Of a stretch of 64,000 bases of DNA, positions 47,537-57,056 are shown one piece after another (position 1 is the stretch's first letter; each line of letters begins with the position of its first letter). A program made the translations under genes and the position numbers. The DNA is from a bacterium (GTDB lineage: Bacteria; Omnitrophota; Gorgyraeia; Zapsychrales; Zapsychraceae): positions 42,126-106,125 of the forward strand of contig JAUIER010000002.1 of NCBI GenBank assembly GCA_030429765.1. Direction: 5' to 3'. Under the pieces are notes generated by a model. It worked only from the letters and a program-made list of their open reading frames with translations. It did no database searches and was not told the DNA's origin.

Positions 47537-49874
47537 TTTCTTCACCTTGCATGTTTTCAAGTAACCATTGTTCACGATCGACTAATATATCTCGGGGCTT
47601 GCTGCCCACGTATGGCCCCACAATTCCCTCGGCCTCCATCATATCGATGAGCCGAGCCGCCCGCGTGTAACCTAATCGCATGCGACGCTGCAAGATTGAT
47701 ACCGAGGCCTGATTGCTCTCGACGACCAACTGGACGGCTTCATCATAGTACTCATCTTTTTCCTTGGCCCCGCCCCGCGCGCCGGCCTTATGACTGTTAA
47801 CAATCGTGTCATCATAGATCGGGGCCTGCTGATCTTTGATGAACTGAATGACCTTAGCAATTTCATCATCCTTAACGAAATTTCCCTGGCCTCGGGTCGG
47901 CTTGGCATCGCCCGGCTTCATAAAGAGCATATCACCCTTTCCAAGGAGCCCTTCCGCTCCATTCGTATCCAGGACGGTCCGTGAATCGACCTTCGATGCG
48001 ACCTTAAATGAAATACGCGCCGGAAAGTTGGCCTTGATCACTCCGGTAATAACATTGACCGACGGACGCTGTGTCGCCAGGATCAAATGAATGCCTACCG
48101 CGCGTGACAGCTGGGCCAATCGGGTAATCGATCCTTCGACGCCTTTGGCCGCGACCTGCATTAAATCCGCCAACTCATCGATAATCACCACGATATAAAA
48201 CATATTATGCCCTTTTTCATTATAGGACTTGATGTTTCTCGCGCCAACTTTGGAAAGTTTTTTGTAACGGGACTCCATCTCGCTGACTACCCAGTTGAGT
48301 ACGGCCGACGCTTTTTTGGGATCGGTCACCGTCGGAGCCAAAAGATGCGGAATATCATTGTATTGCGCCAGCTCGACCATTTTGGGATCGATCATAACAA
48401 ACCGGACCTCATCCGGCGACGCGTTCAACAGGATCGACATGATGATGCCATTCACACACACTGTCTTTCCCGATCCGGTGGTTCCCGCGATTAGCAAATG
48501 CGGCATGTCCGCCAGGTCAGCCACCATCGGTTTACCGGCAATGTCTTTACCCAAGGCGATGGTGAGCTTGGACTTGGAGTTTCTGAATTCACTACTGGCC
48601 AGGACATCCTTGAGAAATACCGAGGCCGATGATCCATTAGGAACCTCAATTCCGACTCGACTCTTTCCCGGGATGGGAGCGACAATTCGAACCGTCGGCG
48701 CCTTCATTGCGAGCGCGATATCATTCGATAAAGTGGTGAACTTTTGAACCTTGACCCCCGGCCCCGGCTCCAATTCATAACGGGTGATCGCCGGTCCGCG
48801 CTCAATATCCACCACGCGCGCGCCCACGCCAAAACTGGCCAGCGTCTCTTCCAAACGCTTGGCGTCGTTCATGAGATGGTTTTGAATCTTGTTGGTCGAT
48901 ACCTTTGGAGGGTCCTGAAGCAGGTCTAGACTGGGGATGGTGAACTCTCCCACGATCTGAGGCTCACTCTCATATTCCTCTGCCGGAGATTTTCCCTGAG
49001 CGATGCGAATCTGCGGCTTCTTGGGCTTGATCTCTTCTTCCTCCTCTTCGTCCTCGTATTCCTCATCCTCTTCGTCTTCCTCGTACTCCTCATCCTCTTC
49101 GTCTTCGTATTCTTCGTCGTCCTCTTCCTCGTCCTCGTCGTATTCCTCTTCGTCCTCGTACTCTTCGTCGTCTTCTTCCTCTTCGTCGTACTCTTCCTCG
49201 TCTTCCTCTTCCTCCTCAATTACGGCCTTGGGCTTCCGTTTCACCCCAGCCGCCTTCGTGGCCACAGATTTGACAGCTGATGACGGCTTAAAGGCCGCGA
49301 TGCTCAGATCACCATTCTTGAAACTCGCGATAAAGGATTCAACGATGCCGTTAATTTTGTTGAAAATACTGAGGAAAAACGGTGTGACGAGGATTTCGCC
49401 GGTAAGAATGAGTGCAAGCGCTCCCAAGGCTGACAGCACGATGTAGGATCCGACTGTACCCAGATAGTGATTGAGAAAGTCCGAGATCAGAATCCCCACC
49501 AGTCCCGCGCGCTGAAAACGTTCGGTCGACTCCTGCGGACCGGACATGCTGATCAGGGCACTGATAACGGCGAATAGGACTACGAAACTGAAAAGTTTAG
49601 TGAAGGTGAATTCGATCTCACGGGCGGTAAACTTATTCCAGCTCCAGAACAACAGAAAAACAACCAACGCGTACGCGGAATATCCGCAGATAAAAAAAAT
49701 GGATCCCGCCAGATAGGCCCCGCTGATCCGTATTAAATTCTCGGCCGGTTGATTGGGAGTGGATGTGTACCAGGATAGATCTTGAGGTGTGAATGAAATG
49801 AGACTGGCGAAGAGAATCATCCCCAGAGCCAGGACAACTATAGCCTTGATTTCATTGATGTGCTCTTCATTCAT
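47526..49874 (-). CDS. ftsK: DNA translocase FtsK
   Basis: 4 N-terminal TM helices, a linker, a motor with Walker A GTTGSGKT, and a gamma domain (winged helix) at the C-terminus. Confidence 0.92.
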   Translation of the reverse strand: MNEEHINEIKAIVVLALGMILFASLISFTPQDLSWYTSTPNQPAENLIRISGAYLAGSIFFICGYSAYALVVFLLFWSWNKFTAREIEFTFTKLFSFVVLFAVISALISMSGPQESTERFQRAGLVGILISDFLNHYLGTVGSYIVLSALGALALILTGEILVTPFFLSIFNKINGIVESFIASFKNGDLSIAAFKPSSAVKSVATKAAGVKRKPKAVIEEEEEDEEEYDEEEEDDEEYEDEEEYDEDEEEDDEEYEDEEDEEYEEDEEDEEYEDEEEEEEIKPKKPQIRIAQGKSPAEEYESEPQIVGEFTIPSLDLLQDPPKVSTNKIQNHLMNDAKRLEETLASFGVGARVVDIERGPAITRYELEPGPGVKVQKFTTLSNDIALAMKAPTVRIVAPIPGKSRVGIEVPNGSSASVFLKDVLASSEFRNSKSKLTIALGKDIAGKPMVADLADMPHLLIAGTTGSGKTVCVNGIIMSILLNASPDEVRFVMIDPKMVELAQYNDIPHLLAPTVTDPKKASAVLNWVVSEMESRYKKLSKVGARNIKSYNEKGHNMFYIVVIIDELADLMQVAAKGVEGSITRLAQLSRAVGIHLILATQRPSVNVITGVIKANFPARISFKVASKVDSRTVLDTNGAEGLLGKGDMLFMKPGDAKPTRGQGNFVKDDEIAKVIQFIKDQQAPIYDDTIVNSHKAGARGGAKEKDEYYDEAVQLVVESNQASVSILQRRMRLGYTRAARLIDMMEAEGIVGPYVGSKPRDILVDREQWLLENMQGEENES
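49016..49232 (-). repeat. Low-complexity coding repeat: about 70-aa Asp/Glu/Tyr-only tract in the FtsK linker
   Basis: EEEEDEEEYDEEEEDDEEYEDEEEYDEDEEEDDEEYEDEEDEEYEEDEEDEEYEDEEEEEE. The DNA is a GAA/GAG/GAC/TAC microsatellite-like repeat. Confidence 0.8.
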
Positions 49875-49980
49875 ACGTATATAGTACTAATATTATTATG
49901 TTAAAGCAAATAAGCGGGTAGGCTTTTACACCTACCCGCTTATTGTATCACATATGCATATTTCGACGCTGAAAATCTGA

Positions 49981-52101
49981 CTATTTTGATTCCGCTTGCT
50001 TCTTACTTAGATTCATCCGCTTCATCTTGTCGATTTCCAACAATTTGACCTTGAATTCATCTCCGACATTGACCACGGAACTGACGTCTTTGACGTATTC
50101 ATCGGAAAGCTCGGACACGTGGACCAAACCTTGCCGACCCGGCAAAAACTCGCAGAACACACCGAAATTAGTGACTTTAGCCACTTTGGCATCATAAATC
50201 TTGCCGACTTCCGGGGGCTGAACCAGACCATCGATAAATTTCTTGGCCTTGTCCGCGGATTCCACGTTTGAACCGGCGATCACAACCTTACCGTCATCAT
50301 CGATATCGATCGATGTGGCCTCGGTCTCTTCCATGATGCGCTTGATCATCTTACCTCCCGGTCCGATCACCTCACCGATCTTATCTTGTGGCACGGACGT
50401 GATCACGATCTTCGGCGCGTATTGATTGACATCATCCGCCGGCTTGGCGATCGTAGCGGTCATGTTTTCCAATATCTTCAATCTGGCTTCACGTGCCTGC
50501 TCAATTCCCTTGGCCAGGACTTCCATGGAAACCCCCTGGACCTTGAGATCTAGCTGAATAGCGGTGATACCCTTGGTTGATCCGGCAATCTTGTAGTCCA
50601 TATCGCCGTGGTGATCTTCAAGCCCCATGATATCCGACAGCAGTCGAAAATCACTTGGATCCTCGTTCAACAGCAGCCCGACAGAGATGCCGGCCACCGG
50701 ATTTTTGATCGGCACACCGGCTGCCATCAAGGCCAGCGTTCCGGCACATACCGATGCCATACTGGATGATCCGTTGGATTCCAAAATTTCGGAAACCACT
50801 CGAACTGTATAGGGAAAATCTTCCTTGGTTGGCATAACACCGCGGATAGCTTTGGCCGCCAACGCCCCATGACCGATTTCTCGTCGACCAGGACCACGGC
50901 TACCGCGTGCCTCTCCGACACTAAAAGCCGGAAAATTATAGTGCAGCATAAAGTTGTTGTAGGCTAATTCTTGAAGGCCTTCCACCATTTGCTCGTCACG
51001 TTTGTTTCCAAGCGTGACAACCGCCAAACTTTGCGTCTGGCCGCGTGTAAACAATGATGACCCGTGCGTGCGCGGAAGAACATTTACTTCGCTGCTCAAG
51101 GCGCGGATTTCGTCGGTCTTTCGCCCGTCCGCCCGTTTGTTATCATTGAAGATCGACGTTCGAACCACATCGTATTCGACCTTGTCGAACATCTCTCTGA
51201 TATCACCGGCCGGAACTTCTTCTTCACCTTCTTTTCGGCAGCCGTCAAATTTGGACATGTCGCTGAGAAGTTCATCCAGTAACGCTGTCGCAGCATTTTC
51301 ACGCTCTTTCTTGTCGGCAATCTTGTAAACCTCGACGAGACGATCTTTGATCAGCGAGGCAACCGTGTTTTTTAAGTCCGGATGCGGGCTGAAAACCTGT
51401 ATCTCCTCTTTTTTGGGTTTGCCAACTCGATCCCGGAACTGGTTTTGGGCGTCGATCATCGCGGCCATTTGCTGTTGAGCAAACTCAAGCCCCTCAATGA
51501 CTTTCTGATCATCGACTTCATAACCCTCACCCTCGATCATAACGATCCCGTTCTTCACCCCGACGACAAACAGCTCAAGTTCGCTCTCCGCACGCTGCGC
51601 GTACGTTGGGTTAATCACAAACTGTCCATCGGCCATACCGACGCGAACAGCACCGATAGGACCGTCAAACGGAATATCTGACACGTGCAGTGCCGCTGAG
51701 GCACCAATCGTGGCCAGAATATCCGGATCGTTTTCACCGTCGGAACTGATAACGTTACATGTGACAACGACATCGTTCCGGAAACCTTCCGGGAACAGCG
51801 GACGGATCGGTCGGTCTATAATCCGTGCCGTCAGTGTTTCCTTCTCTGTCGGACGACCTTCCCGTTTGAAAAATCCTCCGGGGATTTTTCCAGCCGCATA
51901 GGCTTTTTCCTGATACTCAACCATTAATGGAAAAAAATCTATTCCATCCTTAGGCTTGTTGGACATACAAACAGCAACTAGAACCGTTGTTCCTCCGACG
52001 GTAACGGTAACTGAACCGTGCGCCTGTTTGGCTAATTTCCCCGTTTCTAGTACGAGTGTCTGATTGCCAAACGGCATTTCAATACTTTCATTTTGAATCA
52101 T
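49981..52101 (-). CDS. pnp: Polyribonucleotide nucleotidyltransferase (PNPase)
   Basis: Two RNase PH domains plus KH and S1. 706 aa. Confidence 0.95.
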   Translation of the reverse strand: MIQNESIEMPFGNQTLVLETGKLAKQAHGSVTVTVGGTTVLVAVCMSNKPKDGIDFFPLMVEYQEKAYAAGKIPGGFFKREGRPTEKETLTARIIDRPIRPLFPEGFRNDVVVTCNVISSDGENDPDILATIGASAALHVSDIPFDGPIGAVRVGMADGQFVINPTYAQRAESELELFVVGVKNGIVMIEGEGYEVDDQKVIEGLEFAQQQMAAMIDAQNQFRDRVGKPKKEEIQVFSPHPDLKNTVASLIKDRLVEVYKIADKKERENAATALLDELLSDMSKFDGCRKEGEEEVPAGDIREMFDKVEYDVVRTSIFNDNKRADGRKTDEIRALSSEVNVLPRTHGSSLFTRGQTQSLAVVTLGNKRDEQMVEGLQELAYNNFMLHYNFPAFSVGEARGSRGPGRREIGHGALAAKAIRGVMPTKEDFPYTVRVVSEILESNGSSSMASVCAGTLALMAAGVPIKNPVAGISVGLLLNEDPSDFRLLSDIMGLEDHHGDMDYKIAGSTKGITAIQLDLKVQGVSMEVLAKGIEQAREARLKILENMTATIAKPADDVNQYAPKIVITSVPQDKIGEVIGPGGKMIKRIMEETEATSIDIDDDGKVVIAGSNVESADKAKKFIDGLVQPPEVGKIYDAKVAKVTNFGVFCEFLPGRQGLVHVSELSDEYVKDVSSVVNVGDEFKVKLLEIDKMKRMNLSKKQAESK

Positions 52102-52183
52102 TCTTTTCTCCCTTACTACGGCACATCAACGCTGTCATATGGAACATTTTGTATCCGATGAATTCGCCTTATGCATTAATTCT

Positions 52184-52453
52184 TTACTTGCGTAGATTAA
52201 GTTTCGCAATTGTTTCCTGATATTTTTGAGGGTCTTTCTTCTTGAGGTAGGCTAGAAGACGTCGTCGTTTACCGATCATCGTTAATAGTCCACGACGCGA
52301 GTGAAAATCTTTCTTATGACGCTTAAAATGATCTGTGAGGTAGTTGATCCGCTCACTTAAAATGGCGATTTGAACCGCCGGCGACCCTGTGTCTTTGGCA
52401 TGTGATTTGAAGTCACCGATGACTTCTGTCTTTCTGTCTTTAAGTAATACCAC
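52184..52453 (-). CDS. rpsO: 30S ribosomal protein S15
   Basis: ...[37 protein letters not shown].... GTG start. Confidence 0.95.
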   Translation of the reverse strand: MVLLKDRKTEVIGDFKSHAKDTGSPAVQIAILSERINYLTDHFKRHKKDFHSRRGLLTMIGKRRRLLAYLKKKDPQKYQETIAKLNLRK

Positions 52454-52676
52454 TTTTTTTCTCCTTTAATTCGTACGTGTCATGGATAAACCAACCGATT
52501 CACCTATCCTAGAATGAATCAGTCCCGAACGCAACCGGACGTTTATCCTCAGCTAAGTGGCATATTATACTATCAGACATTCACAAAGTCAAGGCATTCA
52601 CTGGGGGCAACGCCCTGAATTTTACTATCAAATAATTTAAAGCCTAATTAGGCGTAAACATTACCCATGAAACAAC

Positions 52677-53096
52677 TTATGATTTTTTCGCCCCTGTAGA
52701 CTTTTTTGCGGTTTTTTTGCGTGTTTTGGTCGTCTTTTTAGCGGGCGACTTGCGCTTAGCTGTTTTCTTAGCGGTCTTTTTGGCCGACTTCTTCAGCTGG
52801 CTCTTGATTGATTTCTGCTCGGCATCAATCTTGTGATAATCCTCAATCAGGCCTTTAAGGGCCGCGGTAGGCTTAGTCAAGTCCTTGAGCTTAACAACTT
52901 CCTTACCGATTTGATAGTACAGCTTCTCCTTCTTGAGCCCCACGGCTGTCGAGTCGAGATGAATCTTGCTCTGGTGTGTGAACTTAAGGAGCTCCTCCTC
53001 ACCCTTCTTGGCCAATTTGGAGGCTTCCTTGCCGAACTTGGCGAGCTGCTTTTTGGTCTTTTCCCATTCTGATTTTACATCATAATGTTTTGACAT
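52677..53096 (-). CDS. Lysine-rich protein with histone H1/Hc1-like C-terminal tail (KKTAKK repeats)
   Basis: Helical N-terminal 90 aa, then SAKKTAKKTAKRKSPAKKTTKTRKKTAKKSTGAKKS. Confidence 0.5.
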   Translation of the reverse strand: MSKHYDVKSEWEKTKKQLAKFGKEASKLAKKGEEELLKFTHQSKIHLDSTAVGLKKEKLYYQIGKEVVKLKDLTKPTAALKGLIEDYHKIDAEQKSIKSQLKKSAKKTAKKTAKRKSPAKKTTKTRKKTAKKSTGAKKS

Positions 53097-53246
53097 CTTT
53101 CACCCTCCTGAAATTTGATGTTCCACAAATAAAGGAATAATAATGACTTATAACAACAGTATACCCGATAATCCAGACCACGCGCAAGGTCTCGACTGCA
53201 ATATTTTTTATTGCAGGGAAAAATTTTTACCGCTATACTAGGAAGT

Positions 53247-53483
53247 ATGAAAGACGGATTGATGCTATTTACGGGAATCGCCCTGGTGTTTGGTTTGATG
53301 ATCTTCGGTATGTACAAGTTCACTCGAGCGAATTATGACGCGCCCGAACGTACCCAGGAAGAAATCGAGGCAGCCTATCAGGAACGCGCCGACCGCCGAC
53401 AGCAAATCAAGGACGTTCAACGACGTCAAAGAGATTTGATGCGCCAGCAGAAACAACGTATCCGGGACATGCAGCGTCGTTAA
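53247..53483 (+). CDS. Small membrane protein with Arg/Gln-rich charged C-terminal tail
   Basis: The ATG at 53247 is preceded by GGAAG; the track start is a TTG. One TM, then a QRRQRDLMRQQKQRIRDMQRR tail. Confidence 0.4.
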   Translation: MKDGLMLFTGIALVFGLMIFGMYKFTRANYDAPERTQEEIEAAYQERADRRQQIKDVQRRQRDLMRQQKQRIRDMQRR

Positions 53484-53502
53484 CTATAAATCCCATACCC
53501 AC

Positions 53503-53910
53503 CTATGTATGGTCTCGGGCCGATAAGATTCGTTGAGTCATTTCGGATTCATAAAGATCCGCTATCTCCACCAACCCTTCATCTCCCAGGAAATTCTTAA
53601 TTGCTGCCTCAATGGCCTCCAGTCTGGCCAACAGATATCGGTAGTCAGGATTTAAAACCTTCCTGGCCATATCATCAAATTTTTTGGATTCAGCTTTGGC
53701 GAGCTTGTTGTTTTTGTAGTCTTCAAACTCTAATATTCGTTTGGACAATTGATCATCTTTATCGATCCTTTTGTTGAGTTCTTCCAGCAGAAAATCATCA
53801 ACAATAGCCTGCGTAAAGTATCGATCAATACGATCGAGATCTTCCTTGGTGGTTTTGTAACACCAGATCAGATACCGTCTGACTAGATTTAGTTGATTGG
53901 GTTCCAACAT
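53503..53910 (-). CDS. Hypothetical helical protein downstream of the Cys-rich TadE-like gene
   Basis: 135 aa, no recognisable motif. 48-nt gap after the upstream gene. Confidence 0.4.
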   Translation of the reverse strand: MLEPNQLNLVRRYLIWCYKTTKEDLDRIDRYFTQAIVDDFLLEELNKRIDKDDQLSKRILEFEDYKNNKLAKAESKKFDDMARKVLNPDYRYLLARLEAIEAAIKNFLGDEGLVEIADLYESEMTQRILSARDHT

Positions 53911-53958
53911 TTATTATGAGGTATTTTTCGGAAGAGAATTAGATTTGCCTAGACTCGA

Positions 53959-56157
53959 CTAGATACAGTTGTTGGTTCCGCCTGTGTCACAATTTCCACT
54001 ACAACACTCACCATTACTTGCACAAGCATTGCCATTATCTGTACAACACACATTGGAGACACAACTTTCTGTTCCAGCACATCCACCGCAAGTTGCCGTC
54101 CCACCGCATCCATCTGGGAAGCTACCACAATTGCCTGGTCCGCAGGTCAGAGGTGTACAGCATGAGTTGGAGACACATACATCACCCGGCGTCGGACATG
54201 CCCCGCAATTCAATGTGCCCCCGCAACCATCCGGAATACCTGAACCACAGTCTCCCGCGTTACAGGTGGCAGGAGTACAACAAGTGCTCGCATTACACAC
54301 GTCGCCAGGCGTTGGACATGCTCCGCAGTTTATGGTAGATCCGCAACCGTCCGGAATACCGGGCCCACATTGCCCCGGCCCGCAAGTTGACGGCGTACAA
54401 CACGTATTTGAAACACATACATCACTTGGCCCCGGGCAAACACCACAATCTGTATCGGGAATCCCCGGACAACCGGAATTAATCGACCCACAATCGCCGG
54501 CAACACACGCGTAAGGTGCGCAGCATGTTTGCGTCGCGTCACAGACGTCCGGCAATGTACATGAACCACAGTCTACGTCTGGAATTCCCGGACATCCGGA
54601 TGGGAAAATTCCACAATCCGTTGGCGCACATTGATGCGGAGTACAACAATTCTGCGATGTATCACAAACCTCCGGCAAACTACATCCGCCACAGTCAACA
54701 TCAGGGATTGTCGGACAACCTGAAGGGAATGTCCCACAATTAGTCGCTGTACATTGGTATGGAAGACAACAATTACTTGGTGTGATAAACTGCTCTGGCG
54801 TCTCACCATTCCCGACTGGACCACCAACCACTACACATACTTCAGCCCCGGGACATGAAGTGCCGCAATCATGAATATCGTCGCAATTGTCAAACGTCTC
54901 GCCACATGTTGGATGACTACAGGTTATGGATGGATTCTGAGGCGTACATACACATTGGTTACCACTCGGATTTTGAAAACAACTTTCGTTCGCATTGCAC
55001 AAGTCAGGACAAATGATCGTCTGACCACAATTGTTGACAGCTGGGCCGCACTGATGGATTTCGGTCGGAGGGACTCCGCATGTGGTTTGCCATGGATCAG
55101 GCGAACACCCGGAACATGTCGTTCCCACACACACATTGGCTCCTGTACAAGTGTCTGGACATGTTACATTGTTTCCACAGTTGTCCACGGCCGGACCACA
55201 TTCCTGACCTAGGCACGTTATTCCAAGGGGCTCGGGGATACATACGCAGGAATTACCCGAGCATCCCTGGGGTGGACTCATGAGAGCGCATGTATCAGGG
55301 CAGGTAACTGTTTGACCACAATTATTAACCGCCGTACCGCATGACACTCCCGAACATGTCGTTGACAACGGCTCAGGCGCACAATTACATAGGTTACCGA
55401 CACATACATCTGGAGGTGTACACGTATCCGGACAGCTGACAATTTGCCCACAATTATTCGTGGCATTTCCACACTCCAATCCCGAACACGTCGTTCCAAT
55501 GGCATCAGGCGTACAACAGCTATTTCCCTGACAGACATCACCAGGCCCACATGTGTTTGGACAAGTAACATTTTGGAAGCAGTTATTGACAGCCGGACCA
55601 CACGCTATACCAGTACAAGTTGTTCCCAACGCCTCGGCCGTACAGGAGCATACATTTCCTGAACAGGTGTCCGGAGGAGCACATCCCCCGCAATTGACAA
55701 GCGTACCACATCCATCATCGATGGATCCACAAGCCAATCCACCACAAGGATTGGTTGGAATACACACACACGTGTTGCCCACACACCCCAAAGGTGACAC
55801 ACAACTACCGCAATTCAGCAAGACGCCACAACCATCATTTATGGTACCACATTCGATAGGACCACCGCAGCTATTGGAAGGAACACAACCCGTGGAGCAA
55901 TCGGCCGCACAAGTTGCATTTTCACCGGGTTCACAACACCCGTTACCACATGTAGGAGTACACCCCGAAGTAAGATCAAAACAAACACCATCGGCCATAC
56001 ACTCAATCCCGCGGACGGCATTCTCAAGTGAATCATCCATGGATCGCTCAAGCAATCCGCCTGGCGACATCGCCCAGACGATCAGCCCGACGATGACGGA
56101 AAAAAGCAGCAAGTACTCGACAAGCTGCTGGCCAATTTTGTTTGTTTTAAGGAGCAT
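53959..56157 (-). CDS. TadE/Flp-pseudopilin-like N-terminus fused to about 680 aa of cysteine-rich tandem repeats (secreted or surface protein)
   Basis: The N-terminus MLLKTNKIG/QQLVEYLLLFSVIVGLIV matches the TadE-like class III signal G-xxxxEY plus a hydrophobic helix. It is followed by about 6 repeats of the type TTCSGxxCGxAVNNCGQxVxCPDTC...VCxGNxC. About 7 further repeats are of the type CCTPxxCxxGxCGSxxxGCPGIPDxDCGxCxxPxDVC. Cys is roughly 20% of residues. ATG at 56157; the track TTG is at 56163. Confidence 0.7.
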   Translation of the reverse strand: MLLKTNKIGQQLVEYLLLFSVIVGLIVWAMSPGGLLERSMDDSLENAVRGIECMADGVCFDLTSGCTPTCGNGCCEPGENATCAADCSTGCVPSNSCGGPIECGTINDGCGVLLNCGSCVSPLGCVGNTCVCIPTNPCGGLACGSIDDGCGTLVNCGGCAPPDTCSGNVCSCTAEALGTTCTGIACGPAVNNCFQNVTCPNTCGPGDVCQGNSCCTPDAIGTTCSGLECGNATNNCGQIVSCPDTCTPPDVCVGNLCNCAPEPLSTTCSGVSCGTAVNNCGQTVTCPDTCALMSPPQGCSGNSCVCIPEPLGITCLGQECGPAVDNCGNNVTCPDTCTGANVCVGTTCSGCSPDPWQTTCGVPPTEIHQCGPAVNNCGQTIICPDLCNANESCFQNPSGNQCVCTPQNPSITCSHPTCGETFDNCDDIHDCGTSCPGAEVCVVVGGPVGNGETPEQFITPSNCCLPYQCTATNCGTFPSGCPTIPDVDCGGCSLPEVCDTSQNCCTPHQCAPTDCGIFPSGCPGIPDVDCGSCTLPDVCDATQTCCAPYACVAGDCGSINSGCPGIPDTDCGVCPGPSDVCVSNTCCTPSTCGPGQCGPGIPDGCGSTINCGACPTPGDVCNASTCCTPATCNAGDCGSGIPDGCGGTLNCGACPTPGDVCVSNSCCTPLTCGPGNCGSFPDGCGGTATCGGCAGTESCVSNVCCTDNGNACASNGECCSGNCDTGGTNNCI
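53975..55880 (-). repeat. Intragenic tandem coding repeats (about 105-120 bp units, two families) in the Cys-rich gene
   Basis: Direct reading of the translated repeats. Many spurious ORFs in other frames on both strands (e.g. 53969..54514 +, 55553..56188 +) reflect repetitive, stop-poor DNA. Confidence 0.75.
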
Positions 56158-56330
56158 ACGCAATCTCTGGCAAAACCAGTTAGGTTAAACACCCTATAAT
56201 TATACCCAAAAAGTTCGGTACACACTAGAATTATTTTGGAATCCCTGAGGTTGAGATTTTCACATATTTCCGGTCAATATCTAAGTATAACACAAGTAGG
56301 GAAGAAATCCGAACCCTGAGGGCCCAAGGA

Positions 56331-56975
56331 TCAGTTCACCCGAAATACCTTATCCCCTACTCTGACAGGCTTTTTAAGCTTAACTCCCACCAGCTGGCCA
56401 CGTTTGGCCGACTTGACCTCCACGCTTTCGATCTGCAACGATTCAATGGTCTCAAGATTATCCGTCTGTTTACCCTTTATATTGATCTGGTCCCCCAACT
56501 TTATTGACGTCTTATTGACCTTGATCACACACACTTTGATCTTGGAGAAATAGTGGGTCACTTCTCCAACGAGCGACGAGGCCGCCGATTTTGCACGAGC
56601 CCCCTTGGAGGCTGACTTCTTTTTGGTGGCAGCGACCTTCTTTTTAGCCGGAGCTTTCTTCGGCGCCGACTTTCGTTTGGCTGCGGGGCTGGACTTGGCT
56701 GGTGACTTTTTGGCCTTCGCCGGTGTATTCTTTCGACGATCACTCGAACTCGTCGAGCTTCGTCGAGCGCCTGAACTCTTTCGGGGAGTGGCTTTGGACT
56801 TAGTGGTCGTCGATCTTGAGCGAGATGATGATGAACGCGAAGGTTTGGCTCGGGCGGCTTTGGTTTTGGTGGATTGAACTCTGGACTTGTTGTAACGCGT
56901 TGGTCGAACGACCGTGTCTGATGAACCGGCAAACCAACTCTTGACTGTATCGATGATTTGGTTGAGGAAATCCAT
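56331..56975 (-). CDS. Basic, Ser/Lys/Ala/Arg-rich intrinsically disordered protein with C-terminal small beta-barrel domain
   Basis: Residues 25-140 are low-complexity basic (SRSSSSRSRSTTTKSKATPRKSS...AKKSPAKSSPAAKRKSAPKKAPAKKK). The C-terminal 75 aa is a GD-containing beta-hairpin domain (KLGDQINIKG...VRVGDKVFRV). Confidence 0.5.
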   Translation of the reverse strand: MDFLNQIIDTVKSWFAGSSDTVVRPTRYNKSRVQSTKTKAARAKPSRSSSSRSRSTTTKSKATPRKSSGARRSSTSSSDRRKNTPAKAKKSPAKSSPAAKRKSAPKKAPAKKKVAATKKKSASKGARAKSAASSLVGEVTHYFSKIKVCVIKVNKTSIKLGDQINIKGKQTDNLETIESLQIESVEVKSAKRGQLVGVKLKKPVRVGDKVFRVN

Positions 56976-57056
56976 TTTACCTAACTAGTGGTGTGGAATC
57001 TGCTCCTGGGGGAATCCATTCGATATGCGCTGAATCATTAGTTTCCAATCGTCCCA

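Noticed and set aside
53969-56188. Large ORFs in several frames on both strands across the Cys-rich gene (53969..54514 +, 55553..56188 +, 54871..55212 +, etc.)
   Set aside because: Artefacts of GC-rich, repetitive, stop-poor repeat DNA. Only the minus-strand frame gives a coherent signal-anchored repeat protein.
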